Shown: positions 9,999-18,800 of the stretch, piece by piece | How positions within the stretch are numbered: the stretch's first letter is position 1 | How the letters are laid out: the number at the start of each line of letters is the position of its first letter | Source: an uncultured Desulfosarcina sp. | Lineage (GTDB): Bacteria > Desulfobacterota > Desulfobacteria > Desulfobacterales > Desulfosarcinaceae | Direction: 5' to 3' | NCBI GenBank assembly: GCA_963674945.2 | Contig: CAXXWQ010000003.1 | Coordinates: forward strand, 1,760,001 to 1,824,000 | Length of the DNA: 64,000 nt | Translations under genes and position numbers: made by a program | Notes under the pieces: model-generated | Database searches by the model: none | Told to the model about the DNA's origin: nothing | What the model saw: the letters and a program-made list of their open reading frames with translations, nothing else

Positions 9999-10169
9999 TA
10001 GTGTCCGTCCGGAAATAGGCAAATTTGGTCGAGATCGAGGCGCACGAAAAATTTTACCGGAGGTGCCCGAAGGAAATGCCCTTGGGGTGCATATAGTTGA
10101 TATTCCGAGGATAAAATTTTTCGCGCAACGAAAATATCGGGCAAATCTGACATTTCCGGATGGGCACTC
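9999..10169. repeat. Palindromic MITE/REP-like element, family A, copy 1
   Basis: Terminal IR AGTGTCCGTCCGGAAAT / ATTTCCGGATGGGCACT plus nested inner IRs. A near-identical copy lies at 59700-59845. Confidence 0.85.
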
Positions 10170-10201
10170 AGTGTGTCCTCCCGGTTCATTAGGTGTAGCA
10201 T

Positions 10202-11563
10202 ATGCCCGAGCCCCCATTTCCGGCATCCGAGGGCCCCACGTATCACAGGATTCCGCCCCAAAACATCGAAGCGGAAGAATCGATCTTAAGCGCCATTTTA
10301 ATCGACAACAGCTCCATCGTGGACATCCTCGAAGTTCTCAGCTCCGAAGATTTTTACAAAACGGCACATAAATCGATCTTCACGGCCATCGAAACCCTCT
10401 ATGGGAAAAGTGAACCCATTGATCTGGTGACGCTCAGCAACGCGTTACGGGAAAATGGCGAACTGGAAAAAATCGGCGGTGCCGCCTATCTGGCCCGGTT
10501 GGTGGACACCGTACCACTGGCCGTGAATGCCCACCACTACGCGCGCATCATAAAGGACAAGTCGATCTTGCGCCACCTGATCGAACACGCCAACGCCATC
10601 TCCAACCGTTGCTTCGAAGACCGTGGTGAAGTGGAACGGGTCATTGAATTTGCCCAGAGCGCCATTTTCGAAATCTCCCAGGGCAAAAGCAACAAGGCAT
10701 TTTCACCTTTAAGCCAGATCATCGAATCCAACATCGATACCCTGGAAGAACGCCAGGGGAACCGTGCGTTGGTCACCGGGGTAACCACCGGCTTTTCGCA
10801 GCTGGACAAACTCACCTCCGGTTGGCAAAATTCAGACCTCATCATCCTGGCGGCCCGTCCGGCCATGGGAAAGACTGCCCTGGCCCTGAACATGGCCCGA
10901 AACGCAGCCGTCGATGCAGATGTGCCGGTGGCCATATTTTCCCTGGAAATGTCCAAGGAGCAACTCTCCCTGCGCATGCTCTGCGCCGAAGCACGCGTTG
11001 ACTCGTCCCGCATTCGAAGCGGTTTTTTAAACCAGGAGGATTGGAACCGCATCACCGATGCGGCCGACCGGCTCACCAATGCCCCTTTGTTTATCGACGA
11101 CTCGCCGGACATCTCCACCACCACCATCCGGACCAAATCCATGCGCCTGAAAATGGAAAAGGGCCTTGGCTTGATCATCATCGACTACCTCCAGCTCATG
11201 CGGGGAAATGCCAACATCGAAAGGCGAGACCTGGAAATCTCGGAAATTTCGCGATCGCTGAAGATTCTTGCCAAAGAGCTGAACGTGCCGGTGATCGCCC
11301 TTTCCCAGCTCAATCGGAAACTGGAGGAACGGAGCGACAAGCGTCCCCAGTTATCTGACCTACGGGAATCCGGTGCCCTGGAGCAGGATGCCGACCTCGT
11401 GGCATTCATCTACAGGGATGAGGTGTACCACCGGGAAGAAAACAATCCGAACAGCGGAACGGCTGAAATCATCCTGGCGAAACAACGAAACGGCCCCACG
11501 GGAATGGTCCCCATGGCCTTTTTGAAAGCCTATACCCGATTCGAGAATCTTGCCATCGAATGA
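10202..11563 (+). CDS. dnaB: Replicative DNA helicase
   Basis: PPQNIEAEESIL, AARPAMGKT, FSLEMS, DYLQLM, LSQLNR, DLRESGALEQDAD, KQRNGPTG. Confidence 0.98.
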   Translation: MPEPPFPASEGPTYHRIPPQNIEAEESILSAILIDNSSIVDILEVLSSEDFYKTAHKSIFTAIETLYGKSEPIDLVTLSNALRENGELEKIGGAAYLARLVDTVPLAVNAHHYARIIKDKSILRHLIEHANAISNRCFEDRGEVERVIEFAQSAIFEISQGKSNKAFSPLSQIIESNIDTLEERQGNRALVTGVTTGFSQLDKLTSGWQNSDLIILAARPAMGKTALALNMARNAAVDADVPVAIFSLEMSKEQLSLRMLCAEARVDSSRIRSGFLNQEDWNRITDAADRLTNAPLFIDDSPDISTTTIRTKSMRLKMEKGLGLIIIDYLQLMRGNANIERRDLEISEISRSLKILAKELNVPVIALSQLNRKLEERSDKRPQLSDLRESGALEQDADLVAFIYRDEVYHREENNPNSGTAEIILAKQRNGPTGMVPMAFLKAYTRFENLAIE

Positions 11564-13185
11564 AAGAGATTTTCGGCAACCTGTTGGGCCTCAAATCCAG
11601 CCAGATCAAGAGGTTGGAAAATCTCGGTCGGCGGCGCGTTCCCCCACAGGCCATCATCTCCTATGAACTTTGCCGGGATTTATGCCGATTGTCAGCTGAA
11701 ATCGGCCGGCAAATCGGGCTCCTCATCGAACGCAGCGGAAAAATCGCAAGGGTATTGGCCGGAGAGGTGGATCGGATCGTCATACCCGATCTTCGGGAAT
11801 ATCGTCTTGCCCCTGACCGTCTCCGCGGACTTCGGTGCGTTCACACCCACCTGACCGATACCCCCCTCACCCAGGACGACCTGACGGACCTCTCCCTGCT
11901 TCGGCTCGACCTCATGGCGGTCGTTACAATGGAGGCATCCGGAATACCGGACAAGATCCACTGGGCCCATATTCTTCCCGGTGAAAAAGAGGGATTGCCC
12001 TATCAAATCATGACACCGGTTCCCCCCTTTCGACCGGAAGTGGGCTGTGCGGATCTGATTCAGGCACTGGAAGCCGAATTAACCCGCAAGAAAAGAGACG
12101 ACAAAAGCACCGCCGCCGAACGTGCGCTTCTGGTTTCCGTCTTTACCGGAACCCGGAAAGATGCCATGGAATCGTTGGATGAATTGAAAGAGCTGGCGCG
12201 AACCGCCGATATTCACACCATCGATACGATTTTGCAAAAACGGAAAAAACCCGATCCTCGATTTCTCATGGGCCGTGGGAAACTGGACGAGCTGGCCATC
12301 TCGGCGCTCCATCAAGGAGCCAGTCTTATCGTCTTCGACCAGGAGCTGAACCCATCCCAAATTCGCTCCATCGCCGATCGAATCGAAATCAAGGTAATTG
12401 ACCGAACCCAGTTGATCCTGGACATTTTCGCGCTTCGGGCCAAAAGCCGCGAGGGAAAACTGCAGGTGGAGCTGGCACAGCTCAAATACATCCTTCCCCG
12501 ACTGGTTACCAAGGACACGGCCCTGTCCCGACTCACCGGTGGAATCGGCGGCCGCGGTCCGGGGGAAACGAAGCTGGAGATCAATCGCAGGCGCGCCAGG
12601 GACCGCATCCGGCAGTTGGAAAAGGCCGTGGCCATCGTCCAGAAAAACAGGGGCCAACAAAGAAGCCGGCGAAACAAGAAGGGCCTTCCCGTCATCTCCA
12701 TCATCGGTTATACCAACGCCGGCAAATCGACCCTTCTCAACCAGTTGACCCAAAGTCGCGTGTTGGCGGAAGACAAACTGTTTGCCACCTTGGATCCATC
12801 AAGCCGAAGACTTCGGTTTCCACAGGACGTAGAAGTAATCATCACTGATACGGTTGGATTTATCCGTAATCTGCCCGCGGCACTCATGGCCGCCTTCAAG
12901 GCCACGCTGGAGGAGCTGGAAAGTGCCGACCTCTTGTTGCACGTCATCGATATCAGCAATCCCCGTCATCCGGAGCAGATCCGTGCCGTGGAAAATATTC
13001 TCGATGAACTCAACTTATCTTCCATTCCGACCATCCGCGTACTCAATAAAATGGACCGTATCGATCCGCCAGGCCGGGAAATACTGGTCCGCCGCTTAAA
13101 CGGCGTTGCCATCAGTGCATTGAACCGTCCCTCGTTGAAACCCTTGTCCCGGCAAATGCAGGATGCCGTAGCGGATTTTTTGTAG
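11560..13185 (+). CDS. hflX: GTPase HflX (long form with N-terminal extension)
   Basis: RGPGETKLE, GYTNAGKSTL, LFATLD, DTVGF, NKMD. 4 bp overlap with dnaB. Confidence 0.95.
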   Translation: MKEIFGNLLGLKSSQIKRLENLGRRRVPPQAIISYELCRDLCRLSAEIGRQIGLLIERSGKIARVLAGEVDRIVIPDLREYRLAPDRLRGLRCVHTHLTDTPLTQDDLTDLSLLRLDLMAVVTMEASGIPDKIHWAHILPGEKEGLPYQIMTPVPPFRPEVGCADLIQALEAELTRKKRDDKSTAAERALLVSVFTGTRKDAMESLDELKELARTADIHTIDTILQKRKKPDPRFLMGRGKLDELAISALHQGASLIVFDQELNPSQIRSIADRIEIKVIDRTQLILDIFALRAKSREGKLQVELAQLKYILPRLVTKDTALSRLTGGIGGRGPGETKLEINRRRARDRIRQLEKAVAIVQKNRGQQRSRRNKKGLPVISIIGYTNAGKSTLLNQLTQSRVLAEDKLFATLDPSSRRLRFPQDVEVIITDTVGFIRNLPAALMAAFKATLEELESADLLLHVIDISNPRHPEQIRAVENILDELNLSSIPTIRVLNKMDRIDPPGREILVRRLNGVAISALNRPSLKPLSRQMQDAVADFL

Positions 13186-13282
13186 TCCGAAACAGACGAC
13201 GTATCTTCAGATAAAACAATGAGAACTTGATGAAGGTGTAACATGCATCATCTACAAATGCGGTCACCCTGGGATTCGAGGG

Positions 13283-14993
13283 CAGCAGTTTTGGCTGAAC
13301 GGGGTTCATCCCAGTTTTTGTGTGTTTGCTAGCGTATCGAAAATAAAATTTCGCGAAGCCAAACCCCCGCAAAATACGTAACAACTTGTTATAATTAGAG
13401 ATATTAAATCTAGACGCGTGCCGTTTTTATTGCTATAGATAACAGTAGGTTATACATGGCTATGAGGACGGCATGCACATCAAAAAACATCTGAGCTTCA
13501 GCACGATGAGAAAAGCCCTTTCGGCGATTTTCGAAAAGATCGATGATCCCCGGCAAAAGGGCAAGGTCGACTATTCGCTGCATGACTGTTTGATGAGTGC
13601 CCTGGCGATGATGTTTTTTCAAGACCCTTCCGTTCTCTCTTTTCAGCGGCGCATGCACGATCGCATGCAAGACAGTAATCTGAAAGCCATGTTTGCGGTT
13701 AAAGACATCCCCAGCGACAGTGCTTTGCGCCAGACGTTGGATAATATTCCAACCGAAGCGATTCATCCGGCATTTCCCTTTTTGCTACAATGCTTGCAGC
13801 GGGGCAAGTACCTGGATGCCTACAAGTTGGAAAGCGGGCACCATTTGATTGCATTGGACGGCTCACAGTATTTTTCTTCCGAAAAGATTCACTGTCCCAG
13901 TTGCCTGACTCATAAAGGCGCAAAAGGATCGACCCGTTACTCACATCAGATCTTACAGGCCGTTATGCTCAACCCGTACATGCGCCAGGTTTTGCCCCTG
14001 GCCCCGGAGCCCGTTGCCAATACCGACGGCACCACCAAGCAGGATTGCGAGATCAATGCGGGAAAACGGATCGTCGACAAAATCCGCCGTACTCACCCAA
14101 AACTGAAGATGATCATTACCGCCGATGGGCTATACTCCAAACAGCCCTTTATCGATGTGTTGAAAGATGCCCGCATGTCCTTTATCCTGGTGGCCAAACC
14201 CACCGATCACAAGTTGCTGTTCCAGTGGGTTGACGAAATCGATGGGCTCGGACAATGCGGTCACCTACAATTCACCGACGATAAAGGGCGCCGCCACGTT
14301 TATCGTTGGGTTAACCAGGTGCCTCTCAACGGTAGCCGCAATGCCGATCCGGTGAACTTTTTCGAGTATTGGCTGCACGTGGGGCAAAAGGCCACCTACC
14401 ACAACAGCTGGGTCACCGACCGTAAGGTGAGCAAGGCCAATGTCGTCGAATTGGTACGCGCCGGTCGGGCGCGCTGGAAAATCGAAAACGAAACGTTCAA
14501 CACTTTGAAGAATCAAGGCTACCATATCGAACACAACTTCGGTCACGGCCAACGTTATTTGTCGAACACCTTTTTTATTCTGAACCTGTTGGCTTTCTTC
14601 ATCCATCAAATCCTGGAACTGTGTGATCGTGGTTATCAGTATTGCCGGTCTAAATTCAGTTCCCGAAAAGAGTATTGGAACAACCTGCGTACTGGTATCC
14701 GGTTGATGCTCTTTCGTGACTTCGAACATCTTTTGCGCAATGTGGCCGACCCACCCGAAATCCGAGCACCGTAGCCATCTGTTCGCCCATTTGTCACCAC
14801 GGTTACCCACCACTGATCCCCAAACTTAGGCGGATAATGCCGACCTGTTGCCTTTTGGTAAATGGACTACCGCTATAACTCTGAGATAGTACCAATTTGT
14901 TGGAAAGCTATCCCAAAACCGCCTAAATAATGATAAGTCACAACCTGAAAAACCTACGAACCTGATCAAATGACTGTTCACACAGAATTACTG
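13283..14993 (+). mobile_element. Insertion sequence, 1711 bp, probably ISNCY (ISMae2-like group)
   Basis: Imperfect IRs CAGCAGTTTTGGCTGAAC / CAGTAATTCTGTGTGAAC (reverse complement), 9 bp TSD ATTCGAGGG at 13274-13282 and 14994-15002, and a second copy at 36470-38180. CAG ends, 9 bp DR and a single ORF fit my recollection of the ISMae2 group. Confidence 0.92.
13473..14774 (+). CDS. DDE transposase
   Basis: IALDGS, ITADGLY, GRARWKIENETFNTLK (D, D, E with R-W-x-I-E). Confidence 0.93.
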   Translation: MHIKKHLSFSTMRKALSAIFEKIDDPRQKGKVDYSLHDCLMSALAMMFFQDPSVLSFQRRMHDRMQDSNLKAMFAVKDIPSDSALRQTLDNIPTEAIHPAFPFLLQCLQRGKYLDAYKLESGHHLIALDGSQYFSSEKIHCPSCLTHKGAKGSTRYSHQILQAVMLNPYMRQVLPLAPEPVANTDGTTKQDCEINAGKRIVDKIRRTHPKLKMIITADGLYSKQPFIDVLKDARMSFILVAKPTDHKLLFQWVDEIDGLGQCGHLQFTDDKGRRHVYRWVNQVPLNGSRNADPVNFFEYWLHVGQKATYHNSWVTDRKVSKANVVELVRAGRARWKIENETFNTLKNQGYHIEHNFGHGQRYLSNTFFILNLLAFFIHQILELCDRGYQYCRSKFSSRKEYWNNLRTGIRLMLFRDFEHLLRNVADPPEIRAP

Positions 14994-15185
14994 ATTCGAG
15001 GGCTGGAACCTTGACACACCACATCAAATAGGATAACTGATTTGGTTTGCGATTTTGTCCTGATTCCGGCGAAGCAGACGCAAACGACTGGAACGGATAT
15101 ATGAAACGTTTTTAGATAGTTGCGTCGCTTATGGACTGCAGCGACGTTGCGAAATGAATGCGAAGGGAACAAAAGCGGTGTCAAC

Positions 15186-16664
15186 ATGGACAATGCCAAA
15201 GACGTGCTAAGCAAGCGGAAAGAAAAAGCGGACGGGCTGAAAGCCAGTGGTGTCAACCTGTTTCCCAATGGCGTTACCGTCAGCCACACGATCAAAGATA
15301 TTGACGATTATATTCGAAACCTGCCGGAAACACAAAAGGAGGATTCGACAGAATTCACCGTGGCGGGACGGATAATGGCCATCAACAGCTTTGGCAAATC
15401 GGCCTTTATTCGGTTCAAGGATCGCACGGGCATTGTTCAGGCCTACGTGCGAATGGATAAGGTCGGTGATCGCAGCTATAATCTTTTCAAACGGTTTGAT
15501 GTGGGTGATTTTATCTGCGTTTCCGGTACCTTATTTCGAACCCGGACCGGTGAATGGACGATCCTCAGCACCCATATCGAATTGGTCTGCAAATCCACGA
15601 GGCCTCTTCCGGAAAAGTTCCATGGACTAAAAGACCCGGAAAAACGCTACCGGCAGCGTTACATTGACCTGATCATGAATTCGGAGGTGAAGGAGATCTT
15701 CATCAAGCGAAGCCAGATCATCCAGGCCATGCGCGCCTTTTTTCTGGCCCGGGATTTTCTCGAGGTGGAAACGCCCATGATGCAGCCGATTCCCGGTGGC
15801 GCGGAAGCGACCCCTTTCAAGACCCACCACAATGCGTTAAACATGGAGTTATATCTCCGTATCGCACCGGAACTTTATTTGAAACGCCTGGTCGTGGGAG
15901 GACTGGAACGGGTCTTCGAAATCAACCGAAACTTTCGAAACGAGGGCATCTCCACACAGCACAACCCTGAATTCACCATGGTAGAATTTTACATGGCCTA
16001 CGCCACCTATGTAGACCTGATGAACCTGACCGAACAGATGTTCGCCGAGATTGCCAAATCGGTCACCGGCGGCACCATCGTCAACTACCAGGGCAATGAA
16101 ATCGATCTGGGGGGAACCTGGAAACGAATTCCTCTTTACGAGGCACTGGAAACCATTGGGGGAATCGATCCGGATTTGCTTTCCCATAAGGACCGCCTGC
16201 TGGAATTCGCCAGCGCCAAAGGGATTACCGTCACGAAAACCGGTCGATTGGGAAAGATCATCACCAAATTGTTCGACGTCCTCGTGGAGCCCAAGCTGAT
16301 TCAGCCCACCTTTATCACCGAGTACCCGGCAGAAGTATCACCGTTGTCGAGAAGAAGCGACACCCATCCGGACCTGACCGAAAGGTTCGAACTGTTCATT
16401 GCCGGACGGGAGATTGCAAACGGTTTCTCCGAACTCAACGACCCGGAAGATCAACGTGGCAGATTCATGCAGCAGGTGGAAGACCGAAATGCCGGTGACG
16501 ATGAAGCACACTTTATGGATGACGACTACATCGAGGCGCTGGAATACGGAATGCCACCAACCGCTGGCCAGGGGATCGGTATCGATCGTTTGGTAATGCT
16601 GCTCACCGATGCGGCGTCCATTCGAGAGGTCATCTTGTTCCCGCATATGAAACCAAAGGCATAG
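15186..16664 (+). CDS. lysS: Lysine--tRNA ligase (class II)
   Basis: RYRQRYIDL, EVETPMM, YLRIAPELYLKRL, FRNEG, HNPEF, YGMPPTAGQGIGIDRL. Start at ATG 15186 preferred. Confidence 0.97.
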   Translation: MDNAKDVLSKRKEKADGLKASGVNLFPNGVTVSHTIKDIDDYIRNLPETQKEDSTEFTVAGRIMAINSFGKSAFIRFKDRTGIVQAYVRMDKVGDRSYNLFKRFDVGDFICVSGTLFRTRTGEWTILSTHIELVCKSTRPLPEKFHGLKDPEKRYRQRYIDLIMNSEVKEIFIKRSQIIQAMRAFFLARDFLEVETPMMQPIPGGAEATPFKTHHNALNMELYLRIAPELYLKRLVVGGLERVFEINRNFRNEGISTQHNPEFTMVEFYMAYATYVDLMNLTEQMFAEIAKSVTGGTIVNYQGNEIDLGGTWKRIPLYEALETIGGIDPDLLSHKDRLLEFASAKGITVTKTGRLGKIITKLFDVLVEPKLIQPTFITEYPAEVSPLSRRSDTHPDLTERFELFIAGREIANGFSELNDPEDQRGRFMQQVEDRNAGDDEAHFMDDDYIEALEYGMPPTAGQGIGIDRLVMLLTDAASIREVILFPHMKPKA

Positions 16665-16785
16665 CGGCCGAGGAAAATCCCGAATTCCTTTCTCATGGTA
16701 CCAATGGGACCGTTGCATGAAGGCAGGACGTGTGGCGAAAAGATCGGCAAAATAGGACATAACCGTAACAAATACCGGCGAGATC

Positions 16786-18021
16786 ATGTCATTTGTCACC
16801 TTTGTATCGGGTCGTTACTTGAAAACGCGTCAAAAAAGAGCGTTTATCTCGCTGATTACCGGATTGTCCATCGCCGGGGTCACCGTTGGTGTAATGGCAC
16901 TCATCGTCGTCATCGCCGTCATGGCAGGATTTGAAACGGACCTGAAATCCCGGATCATGGGAATTCGACCGCATCTGCTGATCAACAAAAATAAGGGCAC
17001 CTATCCCGATTACGAAAAGACGCTAAAGCGATTGAAGACCATTGACGGAATCGAGTCCGCCTCTGCTTATATCACCTCCCAGGTCGTACTTCGGACGACC
17101 CTTCGCGCGACCGGGGCAATACTAAAGGGTGTTGATGCCAATATAGAAAAAAACGGAATACAAGGCGTACATATCGATCGCCTGACGGCAGGCAAGGACG
17201 GAAAAAGAGCACCTGAGACCGGTCAGCACCTGCCCGGTATTATCTTGGGCAAGGCATTGGCGGCAAACCTTGGCGTTATTACAGGAGATACGATATACAT
17301 GATCTCGCCTCGGGGGATGCTTTCACCGATCGGCCACATGCCGGCCATGATCAAATTTCGGGTCGTCGATCTCTTTGCATCGGGCATGTATGAATTTGAT
17401 GGCACCCTTGCATTCATCGATCTTTCTCAGGCCCAGAAAATGCTTCGAATGGACCATTGTGTCACCGGTATCGAAATCCGTCTTACGGACATGGATCGGG
17501 CAAAAATGGTCATGGCGGCCGTTAAAAGGGTGTTGCCGCCGGACGATCGGGTAAAGGACTGGAAACAGATCAATAAGAACCTGTTTTCCGCACTCCGGCT
17601 GGAAAAAACAGTCATGTTCATCATCCTGACCTTGATCATTCTGGTCGCGACTTTCAATATCGCCGGTTCCCTTGTCATGATGGTCATGGAAAAAAAGAAG
17701 GACATCGCCATTTTAAAGACCATGGGGGCAACCTCGAATACCATCGGCAAGATTTTCATTATCAAGGGATTGATCATCGGTCTGGTGGGAACAATGATTG
17801 GGACATTGGCAGGATTGGTATTGTGTAACCTATTGGAACGGTATCGATTCATTCACCTTCCGGCCGATGTGTTCACCATCACCACGCTTCCCGTGAATCC
17901 AAAAGCGGCAGATGTCTTGATCATCACCACGAGCGCATTGCTGATCTGTTTTTTGGCCACCATTTATCCCGCTCGAAAGGCAGCGGCAATCGATCCGGTG
18001 GAGGCCATCCGGCATGGATAA
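16786..18021 (+). CDS. lolE: Lipoprotein-releasing ABC transporter permease (LolC/E)
   Basis: GVTVGVMALIVVIAVMAGF, LFSALRLEK, EKKKDIAILKTMGA, YPARKAA..DPVEAIR; precedes lolD. Confidence 0.9.
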   Translation: MSFVTFVSGRYLKTRQKRAFISLITGLSIAGVTVGVMALIVVIAVMAGFETDLKSRIMGIRPHLLINKNKGTYPDYEKTLKRLKTIDGIESASAYITSQVVLRTTLRATGAILKGVDANIEKNGIQGVHIDRLTAGKDGKRAPETGQHLPGIILGKALAANLGVITGDTIYMISPRGMLSPIGHMPAMIKFRVVDLFASGMYEFDGTLAFIDLSQAQKMLRMDHCVTGIEIRLTDMDRAKMVMAAVKRVLPPDDRVKDWKQINKNLFSALRLEKTVMFIILTLIILVATFNIAGSLVMMVMEKKKDIAILKTMGATSNTIGKIFIIKGLIIGLVGTMIGTLAGLVLCNLLERYRFIHLPADVFTITTLPVNPKAADVLIITTSALLICFLATIYPARKAAAIDPVEAIRHG

Positions 18022-18760
18022 CGGTGAAAACAAGGACGTCATGGGATCAAGCCCTTCAAAGGCGGCCGGTCAACACGGGGACATACTCGTCACGGCTTCC
18101 GACATCAAAAAGGTCTATCGGCACAACGGCGGGAGCATCGTCGTTTTGGATCGGCTTTCATTTCGCCTCCATTTTGGAGAGACAGTGGGAATCGTCGGTG
18201 CCTCCGGCATCGGCAAATCAACCCTCCTACACGTTCTGGGAACACTGGACAGGCCCGATTCGGGCGTCTTGGAATATTCCGGAAAGAACGTGCTGCAATG
18301 GGATGACAATCGTTTGGCCCGATTCAGGAACCAAACCATCGGTTTCGTATTTCAATTCCACCACCTGCTGCCGGAGTTTTCGGCATTGGAGAACACCATG
18401 ATGCCTGCATTGATTGCAGGCGTGGAGAAAAAACAGGCCCTTCGTTCGGCGAAATCCGTGCTGGTCCGGGTGGGACTGGAAAACCGGCTTACCCATCGGG
18501 CCAGGGAATTATCGGGTGGAGAACAACAGCGTGTCGCCCTGGCGCGCGCCCTGGTACAGCGGCCGGCGATCCTGTTGGCCGATGAACCGACGGGCAACCT
18601 GGATCGAAAAAACAGCGATCACATTCACGAACTGTTGATGGATTTGAATCGAGAATTGCACATGGCAATGGTAATTGTGACGCACAACATGGAACTTGCC
18701 GCGCTGGTTTCCCGGCGCGCCACGATTGTAAATGGCGTTGCGCAAGAACTCAACCAGTGA
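18014..18760 (+). CDS. lolD: Lipoprotein-releasing ABC transporter ATPase
   Basis: GASGIGKST, GFVFQFHHLLPEF, LSGGEQQR, LADEPTGNLD. Confidence 0.92.
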   Translation: MDNGENKDVMGSSPSKAAGQHGDILVTASDIKKVYRHNGGSIVVLDRLSFRLHFGETVGIVGASGIGKSTLLHVLGTLDRPDSGVLEYSGKNVLQWDDNRLARFRNQTIGFVFQFHHLLPEFSALENTMMPALIAGVEKKQALRSAKSVLVRVGLENRLTHRARELSGGEQQRVALARALVQRPAILLADEPTGNLDRKNSDHIHELLMDLNRELHMAMVIVTHNMELAALVSRRATIVNGVAQELNQ

Positions 18761-18800
18761 TGAATCCATTTGAGAAAAAGCCCTTGTCGGTTTGGGAGAT

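Noticed and set aside
13260..15060. Possible 6S RNA or other ncRNA interrupted by the IS
   Set aside because: The reconstructed empty site shows no long irregular hairpin, and the usual zapA context is absent.
15040..15186. T-box or lysine riboswitch upstream of lysS
   Set aside because: No GGTGGnACC T-box motif, no terminator, and too short for a lysine aptamer.
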